Source: Dehalococcoidia bacterium (GTDB lineage Bacteria; Chloroflexota; Dehalococcoidia; SM23-28-2; RBG-16-64-32). From it: a stretch of DNA of 64,000 bases. Shown piece after piece: positions 29,466 through 40,030 of the stretch. Made by a program: the position numbers and the translations under genes. The notes beneath the pieces were generated by a model that was given only the letters and a program-made list of their open reading frames with translations, had not been told where the DNA came from and ran no database searches. The stretch is taken from contig CAXXTF010000002.1 of NCBI GenBank assembly GCA_963665775.2, positions 64,001 to 128,000 of the forward strand. Direction: 5' to 3'. Positions within the stretch are counted from its first letter, which is position 1. The number at the start of each line of letters is the position of its first letter.

Positions 29466-29656
29466 TGTGACGACTCCCTGTCACCGTTTCGCTCAGGAAG
29501 ACCGACCTCGGTGAGTATCCGGCGCCACAGCTCTGACCACGCCGAGCTGGTGGTGGCAGTCGTTGTCCACTCAGCGTGGATCTCCAGCTCGGCGGCGGAG
29601 TGGCGCGAGGGCTGCTTCTGCGATGGCGTGAGCTCCGGTTTCGGTTTGCGAGTCAT
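29462..29656 (-). CDS. small hypothetical protein (WxxLWRRIL motif)
   Basis: ATG start; ATGA overlap with the tyrosine recombinase. Confidence 0.55.
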   Translation of the reverse strand: MTRKPKPELTPSQKQPSRHSAAELEIHAEWTTTATTSSAWSELWRRILTEVGLPERNGDRESSQ

Positions 29657-29744
29657 CCTGCCTTGAGGCTAGAACTCGCTTTACGGCACTCGTCCGGCGC
29701 CGAACGTTCTTCAAACGCATTTCAAACGGTTTTCGTCCGCACAC

Positions 29745-31457
29745 TCAGGGCAGGTCCAGGGTGTAGACGCCTCGGGCTCCGGCTTCGACGATTAGCCTTT
29801 TCCAGAGGGGCGACTTGCCGAACATGTCACTCATACTGCGCGAAAGGCTCTCTGTCCGGTCTCTGATCACGCCCCAACTCATGGGTGGGTCGCGTCTCTC
29901 CCATGCCTCATTCAGCAATCGCATGACCGGCCGTTGCACTGGGGTCAATGCATAAGACTTGCCTCGGAAGACGATCGACTCGTAATTTTCTCCGTGAACG
30001 AGCCCCTTTCGTCTGCCGCGATCGATCTCGAGTTCCTTCTCCGCACCGGCGCAGAGGCTAACCAAGCAAGTGGCAGGCAACAGCCCCCTGGCCAGCTCAT
30101 CGGCGTGGCCTGCAATTTGGGAAGCCATCACGCTGATTACCCCTTTTGCGTGACGCTGATGCATGCGGACAAGCTCCAACCCGTCTTCTGCCACCGTCTT
30201 ACTGGATGGATCGAGACATTCGTCGAGCTGTGGATACTCATTGATCATCTGGTCTTCGGTCAGGTCGTACATTCGCAGCGCATGGCGAAAGTACGAGGTC
30301 GCCATAGTCCGTGGTTCGCCATCCAGCAATGGTTGGGTGAAGATGTCGACTTCGTAAGCTTCCGCCGGGTCGTATTCTTCGATGCCAGCCTCCATCGTCC
30401 CAAACCTGCGGTCTATGCACTGCGAGCATGTCCCGCAGTGGGGCTGCATCCTTGCCCGGCCTCTTGGGTGAGCGCATGAATGCGTAAGCGAGACGAGGTC
30501 AAGCGCAGCGAGGGGCTTCAGCAAGTCGAATGTCTCGGGTCTCGTCTGGTTCCACAGCGGATTCCAGACGCTAACGTCCGCTTCTGCCACCAGACCGGCG
30601 AGTCGCCGAAAGAGGAGGAGAAACTTGGGATGCGTTGACCGGCTCGCGCGCGCCCCGATGGCCTGGTCTGTGAAAGGCAGGTTCACGCTGACGATCCCAT
30701 TGTCGGCCAGGCGAATATCATCAATGCCCAACGCAATCCCGACCGCTGTTCCCAGGCTCGCATAGAGCATTGACCGGGTCCGTTGAGTATTCTCCTTTGC
30801 ATCGGCGCCCTTGAGGCTGACGACAGCGTCAGCAGTGCGAAAACCCTGCCGGGCGAAGCGCCGTCTGACTTCCGTCAGCAAATCGCGGCGGTGGCCAATA
30901 GCAGCTTTGGATGCGCGATGACTTACTAGGAACGGATTTCTGTCCTGCTGGTGAGCTGACAGCGCAGCGCACAAACTGTCAGCGCCGCCAGAGAACAGTA
31001 CGACGCATCCAGGCTGTCCGTGAAGCCCCGCGTCTGTCTCCACGAGTCTCATCTGAACAGTGCCGGATTCCACTAGCTTCTCGAAGCGGAAGTCCCAGCC
31101 GTCTTCCGTCAAGAAGTTGAGCGTCTCCCGCAGAGCTAGGCTAACGTCGCTGGCATTCCAGAAGTCTGGGTCGCTGACCGGGATAGCCATCAGCATCTGT
31201 CGGCGCCAGTCTTTTAGGTACACGTCGGCTTCGCCGCCCCTTGACGCCGACTCGTCAGCGAGGAAGCAGTAACTGGCGATGCGAACGAGATCGCGCATCC
31301 TCGGTGAGAGGTTGCCGAGGACGGGGCCGGGTAGCTCAAGCCGGAAGTCCGTTACTGTTTTCCCTTCGTTGTGGGCATCAAGGGAATGGCGATGTGGGAC
31401 CCTCGACCACTCCGACGGAATGCTCAGACCCTCACAGGCAAAGACGTGCCCCTTCAC
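29745..31457 (-). CDS. QueC-like (QatC/Cap9-like) PP-loop ATPase with Zn site and C-terminal winged-helix-like domain
   Basis: VLFSGGADS, ENTQRTRS, DNGIVSVNLP, SRSTHPKF, SC...HCGTCSQCIDRR, plus an extra C-terminal domain of about 90 aa. Confidence 0.85.
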   Translation of the reverse strand: MKGHVFACEGLSIPSEWSRVPHRHSLDAHNEGKTVTDFRLELPGPVLGNLSPRMRDLVRIASYCFLADESASRGGEADVYLKDWRRQMLMAIPVSDPDFWNASDVSLALRETLNFLTEDGWDFRFEKLVESGTVQMRLVETDAGLHGQPGCVVLFSGGADSLCAALSAHQQDRNPFLVSHRASKAAIGHRRDLLTEVRRRFARQGFRTADAVVSLKGADAKENTQRTRSMLYASLGTAVGIALGIDDIRLADNGIVSVNLPFTDQAIGARASRSTHPKFLLLFRRLAGLVAEADVSVWNPLWNQTRPETFDLLKPLAALDLVSLTHSCAHPRGRARMQPHCGTCSQCIDRRFGTMEAGIEEYDPAEAYEVDIFTQPLLDGEPRTMATSYFRHALRMYDLTEDQMINEYPQLDECLDPSSKTVAEDGLELVRMHQRHAKGVISVMASQIAGHADELARGLLPATCLVSLCAGAEKELEIDRGRRKGLVHGENYESIVFRGKSYALTPVQRPVMRLLNEAWERRDPPMSWGVIRDRTESLSRSMSDMFGKSPLWKRLIVEAGARGVYTLDLP

Positions 31458-31460
31458 GCC

Positions 31461-32234
31461 TCAGCCTCTTTTCAACTCGCTGCGCATCTTGCGAAGGGCG
31501 TACGCTACGAACGCCCGCGTGTCCCCCTCGGTAATTGCGCCTTGTGACTCCCACTGGTGCTTCGAGTACCAGCCCCCCGCGAAGTCGCGAAGAATGAAGG
31601 CTGTTTCTCGTGCGTGCCGGTCTATGGCTTCAATGGCTTCGCGGCTATCTCCGACGGTGCGAAGGCCGGGAGAAGCGCCGACGAGGTTCGGAATCTCCTT
31701 ATCGACGTAAGAGCAAAGCGTTCGTGCTAGAAAGTCGCCGAAGAACCGCTGCGCCAACTGGGCGAAGTGTTCACGTGTGCTGTATGTGCGAAAGGCCGCC
31801 CGGAGGTCGCTCAGGGCGGTTCCAAACAGGCTGGGTCCCTGCTGCCCCACCGTCTCCGTCAACGCTCGCCGAAGAGCCAGTGAGGCCATCTCGGCCGTTG
31901 CGCCGGACTTCGGGTCTTGCATCGCCTGCGTTCGCACACGGTCCGTTACAGCCGCGATGAAGCCCAGCGTGGGCGTGTCGGCTTCAAGAGTGAGGCCCAG
32001 CGCGTCCAATTCGGTGAGGAAGCCGTCGCTACGGGCAGCCCAGGTGACACGGGTAAGTAGCCAGAAGCAGTAGTTGAGGGCGGGGTCGTCTCGAAGCGAG
32101 ATCAGGTGTCGTTCGGCAGCCTCAGTGGTGGCCCTTGCAATAGCGGCGCCGTCTGCAGGCGTCTCACCAAGCAGTGCGACGACCGCGTTCCACTTCAACC
32201 GATGAGGGAGGCGTCCTAAGCGAATATGACCCAT
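31461..32234 (-). CDS. helical protein with N-terminal MGHxRLG, putative QatB-like partner of the QueC-like enzyme
   Basis: Starts MGHIRLGRLP, is all-helical, and ends 3 bp before the QueC-like gene. Confidence 0.65.
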   Translation of the reverse strand: MGHIRLGRLPHRLKWNAVVALLGETPADGAAIARATTEAAERHLISLRDDPALNYCFWLLTRVTWAARSDGFLTELDALGLTLEADTPTLGFIAAVTDRVRTQAMQDPKSGATAEMASLALRRALTETVGQQGPSLFGTALSDLRAAFRTYSTREHFAQLAQRFFGDFLARTLCSYVDKEIPNLVGASPGLRTVGDSREAIEAIDRHARETAFILRDFAGGWYSKHQWESQGAITEGDTRAFVAYALRKMRSELKRG

Positions 32235-32280
32235 GAGTCGTCCTTCCGGCGGGTAGGCCGGGGTTTTAGTCGATCGCCTC

Positions 32281-32495
32281 GACCTGCCCCATGAACGCTA
32301 CCACACGCTATGTTAGTGCAGCCATTGCCATAGTCTCGATGTATGGCGGGGTGGAGCCTGGCCATGGCAGGATCGCTTGCGGTGCTAGCGGCCGGCAACC
32401 AAGAACGCTATACGGGCGCACCGCACTGTAGTTTCATCGCCACGGCTCGCATAGCACCTGTGCTTCTGACCTGCACCCATAAACGCTACCAGACG
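32281..32495 (-). mobile_element. degenerate right-end fragments of the IS3 element (two stacked ends)
   Basis: 32281-32466 aligns with 56850-57036. A second end motif, tgacctgcacccataaacgctacca, starts at 32467. Confidence 0.8.
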
Positions 32496-32637
32496 CCACG
32501 CTTGCACCCAGTTTGGTGACGGCGCTCGATGGTTGACCGCCCACCACAACTGGTACTACAGTACTACAGCCAGCATGCCTAGAGGCACCTTCCCTTCATT
32601 ACGGCGCGGGATCCAACCGCAGAAAGGGACCACTCAA

Positions 32638-35600
32638 ATGGCGCGAGTGGCCGGAGCCGAGCCCATCTATCGAGTCGCTGATCTCTTTCGGCAACGTTGC
32701 CTCATCGAAAGGCGATCACTCTTATGGGGTGAATCAGCTGTGTGGACGCCGGACAATCTGTCCGCGCTGTGGGACGCTTTCGACAAGAGTCGTGACGAGA
32801 GCGACAGGTCCTTCTTCGACAAGCTTCGAGACCAAATCAGTGAGCAACCACCCGACGTCCATCGTGTGGCCGCGGATATCTTGGCACTATATCACCTGTT
32901 CCCGTCAAATATCGCCGCCGAAACGAAGCTCAACAACGTCAAGACAGTCATCAGCTGGAAACTCCAGGGAGATCTGCCAGATTTCCTGCTATTGGAGAAG
33001 GCCTATTCGAAGGGCATAGGAAGCGGAGGCACGGGGTACCTCACAGGAAGGCCATGGCACTTCGCCTTCCTAATCAAGTTCTCACAAGGAATCCTCTCGG
33101 GAGAAGCCGACCCACTCGACCCGACATCCTGCCAGAAACTCGCCGACTCCGTTGAGAGCCAGATTCGGAGTAGTCGGGCTGCGCGACACGTGATCCTGCA
33201 CCTGCTACACCCGGACAGGTTCGAGCGAATCGCTAGCGAGAGGCACAAGCGCCAATTGATTGAAGCCTTCCAGGACCGAGCGGCCGCGGCAGAAGATCTT
33301 GACGATGCGCTGCTCAGCATAAGGCGTGCTTTCGAGGATGAGTATGATCGAGCGGACTTCGATTTCTACGACAAGGACGTTATCGCCCACTGGAACGCCG
33401 ATTTCTATGGAACCGACGGGGAGTCAGATCCTACCAAGATTGCAGAGCTGCTGGAGAACAAATCGTTAGCGGACAGGGACGTAATTAGCGAAAAGGGCTG
33501 GCAGAAAGCAGTACGGCCCATTACCCGACCCTTCCTACAACGAATAGCAGACAAACTCGGAACCGGGGTGAAATTCTTCTCTGGGAGAGATGCAAAGCTA
33601 AAACGGGAATCCTATGACACGCTCGCCGTCGAATTGGATGGCGTCTCCGCGGTCGTCTATGTTGGATGCGCAGATAACGCTGACGGGAACCTTGAGCAAC
33701 AACTCAGTTGGGGACTGCACTCCTGGGGGGCAGCCGACTCCGCCGAGCAGCGCATACGCGCAGCGGAGAGCCTGAGCATACCAGGATTTACCCTGCGAGC
33801 TATTGACGGGATCAAGGCCAGTGGATTCGGCGGAACAACCGTTGTCCTATTCAGGTCGAGGTCGGCCGAAGAACTTCGAGGTTTGCCGGAAGATGAGCTT
33901 GTAGGCGAAATCGCTGACGACCTCAAAACCATCATTGCCAAAGCTTCTGCTCCGGTCGAGGAGCCCCGCGTCTGGATAGAGAAAACAATCGTACATGGGC
34001 GGCCGCATCGTCAATCCGGAGAGCACGCTCTCGGCAAGGTGCTCTGGTCCCCGCAGCACAGCAGAGGGGGCGGCGACATATATCACTTCATGCGCGACGT
34101 GAAGGAGGGCGACATCGTCCTGCACCTGACGGACAACGAGGCGTTTGCCGGCATGTCAATTGTCGGCAGCCCGGCTGAAGATTTCGCGGGCGTGGCAAAC
34201 TCGGAATGGGGCGAGGGCGATTCATACTTGGTGCGACTCCGGGACTTCGAGAGACTAGATCCACCACTGTCGCGAGAGGTCGTCTTTGAATCCCCTTATC
34301 GAGAGCAGCTCGTCGCGTTACTAGAAGAGGGAGAGAAGAATCTCTTCTATAATCGAGGGCCGAGCCTCAATCAGGGTGCACACCTGACACCCGCGCCCAC
34401 GGCACTGGTCGCTATTCTGAACGATGCGTACCGCCAGGTCGCCGGGCGGCCCCTCGTCGAGTTGACGCCCCCGAAACTCAACGCTCTGCTTGTCGGTACA
34501 GCGGCCTATCAGGAGAAGCACGCTCTGCTCGTTGAGGAACAACTCCAGTCCCAAGATCGAGCGACTTCATGGTGGCACATCCCAATCACAGGTGATCGAG
34601 AGCGAGTGCTGATCGAATCGGGTTACGTGTACTTGTACAGGGGCCAGCCCGGCCAGGAGTTGACGCACCGCTATCATGTGGTCGATCACAGCACCACGAG
34701 CGGCAACACAGGAATCGCCTGCCCCTGGCCCGAATTCGCGCAACCAGAGTTGCTGGACAGGACAAGCGCCGGCCCCGACAGCGACGAAGTATTCAAGACG
34801 TGGCTCTTGATCGACCGCGTCGAAGAGCTCGATCCCCCTATTGATTTGAGCTAGGTCGAGAAGGCGGACGGTGAACCCGCAGATCCGAGCGCCCTTGTTG
34901 GAGGATTTGGACTGTGGCGCACTAAGAAAAGCAGTCGCGCCCACACGTGGATCTTTCAAGCGAATCCGGCGATTTACGACATTCGCGGCTCCATCCAAGT
35001 GCTTCAAGAGGATACTTGGCTCGTGCGGCAACATGGCAACGAGATTCGGCCAGGAGATAGAGTGTACTTGTGGGAGGCCGGACCGAACGGCGGCATTATT
35101 GCGACTGCCGACGTTCTCAGCCAGCCCAGCACGATGTTGTTGCCTGACGAGTCTACGCCTTTCGTTAGAGAGCCGTCCAAGCTGGAAGGTCCACAAAATC
35201 GCGTTACGGTTCGTATTAACAATCTTGTAGACCCGATCCTAACCCGGGAAGAAGTGCTTAGGCAGCCAGAGCTCGCGAACCTCAGCATATTGCGACAACC
35301 GCAAGGGACAAATTTCAGCGTAGATCGAAGACAGTCTGAGGTGCTCGAACGTCTCCTTGCCGAGCGGGATGAGGCGCTGATCAATCCTGAGTACAGTCTG
35401 AACCAGTTGGCTCTTGAGACCGGCTTCGACGAAGCGACGATGGAGCGCTGGGTGCGCGCAATCGAAAGAAAAGGCCAAGCGATAATCTACGGACCGCTAG
35501 GCACTGGCAAAACCTATCTGGCGCAGCAGCTCAGCAGACACATTGTTGGTGGTGCTGACGGACTACAAGATATCGTGCAGTTCCACCCAGCGTATGTCTA

Positions 35601-36213
35601 TGAAGATTTCATACAGGGCATCCGACCTCAGGCCAGCGAAGGTGGCGGACTTGACTATCCGGTGATTTCCGGTCGCTTCGTCGAATTCTGTGCAAAGGCT
35701 CGGATGCGACAGGGACACTGCGTTCTAATCATCGACGAGATCAATAGGGCGAATCTGGCAAGGGTATTTGGCGAGCTGATGTACCTGCTTGAGTACCGCG
35801 GCCGCGAGATCCCGATGGCTGGTGGCGGCACCTTGAAAATCCCCGAGAACGTCCGAGTCATAGGCACCATGAACACCGCCGACCGCTCGATCGCTCTGGT
35901 GGATCATGCGCTTCGCCGAAGATTCGCGTTTTTGGCCCTCTATCCTGATTATGAGGTCCTGCGGAAGTACCACGCATCCACCGGCTACCCCACAGATCCG
36001 TTGGTGGGTGTCCTGCAGGCACTGAACCGACAGATAGGCGACCGGCATTACGAAGTCGGAGTCACCTTCTTCCTGTTGAAGAATCTGGCAGACCATATTG
36101 AGGACATTTGGCGAATGGAGATCGAGCCCTACCTGGAGGAGTATTTCTTTGACCAGCCCGAGAAGGTAGCTGAGTTTCGCTGGGATAGGGTTGGGGAGAG
36201 ACTTTCTCCGTGA
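32638..36213 (+). pseudogene. mcrB: large multi-domain McrB (several EVE/PUA-like reader domains + AAA+ GTPase) with in-frame TAG at 34852-34854
   Basis: The two ORFs share frame 1 and read through cleanly (...PPIDLS*VEKADG...TWIFQANP). Motifs IIDEINRAN, MNTADRS, LRRRF. Walker A reads GPLGTGKT. Confidence 0.88.
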
Positions 36214-37424
36214 ATGCCCCTCCCACCCAAATTGTGGAGCTCACAGAGTACGCCACCAAGAGCTTCCCACGCGAGGACATCCCTGACAGCGTAGCCGAGG
36301 CGTTATGGCGGAACCATAGCGCTAAGGTCGCGGTAGAGTTCCCATCACCGAAGACCGCCTATAAGTGGGAACTCACCGCCCAGGGCTGGGTAGGCTACAT
36401 TCCCTTGTCTCCAGAACTGCGTTTGTGGCTTCGCCCAAAGGTGGAGCTGTCCAACCTGTTTCACATGCTTGAATATGCGTACCACCTCAAGAGCTTCATC
36501 TTCCTTGAGGGCCTTTTCGAGTGCCAATCACTCCAGGAATTCTACGAGCGCCTGGCGAATGTCCTGGCCAAACGAATCCTGAACCGCGGCCGCCAGGGAT
36601 TCTATCGAACCTACGTACCCAGAACAGAGCGCCTGCCCTACCTGCGCGGCCGACTCGAGATTCCATCACTGGTACGAGCACCTTGGGACGCAAACATGCA
36701 GTGCCACTATCATGAGCACACCGCTGATGTCGAGGAGAACCAGATCCTCGCCTGGACGCTCTTCACGATAGCCCGGAGCGGCATGTGCTCGGAGCGCGCC
36801 ATGCCGGCAATAAGCCGGGCGCACCGCGCCCTGCAGGGATTCGTAACGCTCGTCCCGCAGGGCCCAGAGGCATGTACAGGGCGGCTCTATCATCGGCTAA
36901 ACGATGACTACAGGCCGTTGCACGCCTTATGTCGGTTCTTCCTAGAGCATAGCGGGCCACATCACGAGACGGGCGATCGAACTATGGTGCCATTCTTAGT
37001 TGATATGGCACGCCTTTTCGAATTGTTTGTCGCAGAATGGCTGGCAGCACACTTGCCGGAGGGGCTGGAGTTGAAGCCTCAAGAAAGTGTAGCCATCGGT
37101 GATGGAGACACTCCTGGCTTTGTAATCGACCTAGTGCTATACGACACGGCCAGTGGCACCGCACGCTGCGTGATGGACACGAAGTATAAGACCCCGACGG
37201 CACCTTCGACTGAAGACATCGCTCAGATAGTTGCCTACGCTGAGGCTAGGGGCTGCCAAGATGTGATCCTGATCTACCCAACTGAACTGCCGAGGCCGCT
37301 TGATGCCACTGTCGGGAGTATTCGAATCCGAAGTCTGGCCTATTCTGTGGACACGGACATCGAGCAGTCAGGGCTCGACCTGATGCATAACCTACTCAAT
37401 GCCGGGCAGTCCGGCGGCTTCTAG
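36210..37424 (+). CDS. mcrC: McrC-family restriction nuclease
   Basis: DMARLFELFV, IDLVL...MDTKYK, DIAQIVAYA, LIYP; GTGA overlap with mcrB. Confidence 0.9.
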   Translation: MNAPPTQIVELTEYATKSFPREDIPDSVAEALWRNHSAKVAVEFPSPKTAYKWELTAQGWVGYIPLSPELRLWLRPKVELSNLFHMLEYAYHLKSFIFLEGLFECQSLQEFYERLANVLAKRILNRGRQGFYRTYVPRTERLPYLRGRLEIPSLVRAPWDANMQCHYHEHTADVEENQILAWTLFTIARSGMCSERAMPAISRAHRALQGFVTLVPQGPEACTGRLYHRLNDDYRPLHALCRFFLEHSGPHHETGDRTMVPFLVDMARLFELFVAEWLAAHLPEGLELKPQESVAIGDGDTPGFVIDLVLYDTASGTARCVMDTKYKTPTAPSTEDIAQIVAYAEARGCQDVILIYPTELPRPLDATVGSIRIRSLAYSVDTDIEQSGLDLMHNLLNAGQSGGF

Positions 37425-37563
37425 CCTCCCTATTAATTGTGTGGTGCCACAATTTCACCCGTATCTGGCAGGGTTAACGGCATGAGAGAAGAAGGCTACG
37501 AAATGGAGTCCGACTGCAGGCACGTTGCATCCAGCGATGATCCGTTCACGGCCCGCATGCGCT

Positions 37564-37638
37564 ACGGAGCTGACCCCACCTCAAATCTCTCGGGTTTTTC
37601 TACCCCCTCATCTGTCCCATTATCGCTGACGGTCTACA
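37564..37638 (-). mobile_element. isolated 75-bp copy of the left end of the IS at 42755-44280
   Basis: Identical to 44206-44280, in direct orientation. Confidence 0.9.
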
Positions 37639-38194
37639 CCCAGGTACATCAGGCTCCGGAATCGTCAACACTGATGCGTTGGGCTTCCAATGGGTTGAAT
37701 TGTCTTCGTCAGAGGATGAAGGGAAGTCATTTGCCGTGAGATTTCCGGAAGATACGACTTTGTCATTTCCAACAAGCGATGCGAGAGCAAGAATCAGAGG
37801 ATTCCGATTCAAAGTCAGGTACAACATAGCCACAGAGAAGATTGCAATATATGGTGAAGATTACGTTTCCTTGGTCATGCATGCGATTTTCGAAGACAGG
37901 AAATTCGCCATTTCTCCAGATGGAGCAATCCATGTATTCGGTTCTCCTTGACAGATACCTTGGTTTCGAACTATCGACTTTCGTACTGGAAGGGACTCGA
38001 TGACCAACATAGCCCGAGAGAGTACCATTGAGGTTCCGGGGGTACCCGTAGGATTGCAATCCCTCGCAAAGGAGGACATCGGGATACTGTTAAACGCAAT
38101 ATCGACAATTGCTGACGCACAGGGAATACAATTCCTGCTCAATAAGATTCGTGTGACCGACTGTTTTGAAGACGGAATTTCCTAGTTTAAGGTC

Positions 38195-38223
38195 TTGACC
38201 TTCCGCCCTCCCTGTGCGATAAT
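38195..38223 (+). promoter_or_regulatory. transposase promoter TTGACC-N17-GATAAT overlapping the left TIR
   Basis: Exact spacing visible in the sequence. Confidence 0.6.
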
Positions 38224-38265
38224 CATAGTGTGGACAGTGATTACGTACTAAGAAGGACGGAAGGT

Positions 38266-39153
38266 ATGAACATTATAACAGTTTTCGAGCGGTTTCCAAC
38301 CCAAGTAGATTGCATCAAACACCTGGAAAAGGCTCGTTGGGGCGATCAAGCAACCTGCCCCTACTGCACCTCCACCAATACCAAGCCACTCCAGCATCGT
38401 CACCGCTGCTACACTTGTAAGACCTCTTTCAGCGTTACAGTCGGCACCATCTTCCACCATACCCATATGCCCCTTCAGAAGTGGTTCCTTGCAGTTACGC
38501 TCATTCTGAATGCTAAGAAGGGGTTATCAGCCCTGCAACTTTCCCGTGATCTCCAAGTGAACAAGAACACTGCTTGGAGAATTGCTATGCAAATCCGTAA
38601 GGCGATGACCCAATCGGAACAACGTGGACTGCTCACTGGCATCGTGGAGATGGACGAAACGTACATCGGCGGCAAGCCTCGCAAGGGTACTAAAGGCGAC
38701 GGGCCGGATGGCCAGCATCTCCGGGGGCGCGGCACCAGTAAGACCCCCGTGGTGGGGGCCGTGGAACGCGGCGGCAAGGTCACGGCAAAGGCGACCGACA
38801 AGACCAAACTCCGGGGATACCACCTTCGAGCCTTTGTCCGTGAGCGTGTCAACACGTCTAGTGCGGCTCTTGTCACGGATGAGTACAAAGGCTATCTGGG
38901 TATGGACAAGGTACTCCCACACGCCGTTATCAAGCATCAAGACTGGTACGTCGATGGCGATATCCACACGAACACCATCGAGGGGTTTTGGGCATTGCTC
39001 AAGCGGGGCATGTTCGGCCAGTACCATAGCGTGAGTCGAAGGCGTCTACAACGCTACGTAGATGAGTTCTGCTATCGCTACAATCTCCGACACATGGAAG
39101 CTCAGGCAGCATTCGACCAGACTATTAACCGAGGATTGGGGGGGACGGCATGA
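38266..39153 (+). CDS. IS1595-family DDE transposase
   Basis: CPYC Zn finger, VEMDETYIGG, VTDEY, HTNTIEGFW, YVDEFCYRYN. Confidence 0.95.
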   Translation: MNIITVFERFPTQVDCIKHLEKARWGDQATCPYCTSTNTKPLQHRHRCYTCKTSFSVTVGTIFHHTHMPLQKWFLAVTLILNAKKGLSALQLSRDLQVNKNTAWRIAMQIRKAMTQSEQRGLLTGIVEMDETYIGGKPRKGTKGDGPDGQHLRGRGTSKTPVVGAVERGGKVTAKATDKTKLRGYHLRAFVRERVNTSSAALVTDEYKGYLGMDKVLPHAVIKHQDWYVDGDIHTNTIEGFWALLKRGMFGQYHSVSRRRLQRYVDEFCYRYNLRHMEAQAAFDQTINRGLGGTA

Positions 39154-40028
39154 GCACAGAGCCTTTGAAAGTTATTGCAGGAGCACCAGACCGCCCGTTG
39201 GTGATCGGTGATATTGAGATACCCTGCTACGTAGTGGAGGATGAGACACGGGTTTTGAGTCAACGTGGCGTTACGGCAGGCATAGGGCTTAACCCTGATG
39301 CAGGCTTTAGAATGCCGCAATTCATGGCCTCTAGGAGCATTGCCAAGTACGTTTCGGCGGATTCTATGCCGGCCTTGAAACATCCAGTCCGCTTCAAAAA
39401 TCCCGTTGGGGGAGGTGTTGCTTTAGGCTATCCAGCAACGCTCCTGAGTGACATTTGTGGTGCGGTTCTAGCATGTCGGCGGGCTGGTACTCTGTCACCC
39501 GTGCACACTCACATAGCGGAGCGATGTGAACTTTTATTACACGGCCTTGCCAACGTCGGCATCGTCGCCCTGGTGGACGAAGCTACAGGCTACCAGGACG
39601 TCCGGTCACAACGTGCCCTCGCAAAAATCCTAGAGGAGTTTATAGCCAAGGAACTCCAGCCGTGGACCAGGACCTTTCCCTACGAATTCTACACGGAGAT
39701 TGCCCGTCTGAAAGAGTGGCCAGAGATATACAGCATAAAGCGTCCGTCAGTGATTGGCCACTATACGAATGATATTGTTTACGCCCGCATCGCGCCCGGA
39801 CTCCTTGAAGAGTTGCAGAGCGTCAACCCAATGCTGCCAACTGGTAGGCGAAAGAACCGGCATCATCAATGGTTCACGCCAGACTTGGGGCATCCGAGGC
39901 TGAAAGAGCACCTAGCAGCCGTCACAGCCTTAATGCGGGCCGCCCCGAACTGGGCCGCTTTCCAGCGTAGCCTACAGCGTGCTTTTCACAAACTCAATGA
40001 CGACTTGCCTTTACCCATAGAGGATTAG
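39150..40028 (+). CDS. P63C-domain protein
   Basis: IGDIEIPCYV...RVLSQRG, ALVDEATGYQ, WTRTFPYEFY, NDIVYARIAPG, HHQW. Confidence 0.85.
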   Translation: MSTEPLKVIAGAPDRPLVIGDIEIPCYVVEDETRVLSQRGVTAGIGLNPDAGFRMPQFMASRSIAKYVSADSMPALKHPVRFKNPVGGGVALGYPATLLSDICGAVLACRRAGTLSPVHTHIAERCELLLHGLANVGIVALVDEATGYQDVRSQRALAKILEEFIAKELQPWTRTFPYEFYTEIARLKEWPEIYSIKRPSVIGHYTNDIVYARIAPGLLEELQSVNPMLPTGRRKNRHHQWFTPDLGHPRLKEHLAAVTALMRAAPNWAAFQRSLQRAFHKLNDDLPLPIED

Positions 40029-40030
40029 CT

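Noticed and set aside
29745-31457. Housekeeping queC for queuosine synthesis
   Set aside because: It is more than twice the usual length, has extra N- and C-terminal domains, has no queD/E/F nearby, and lies in an island context.
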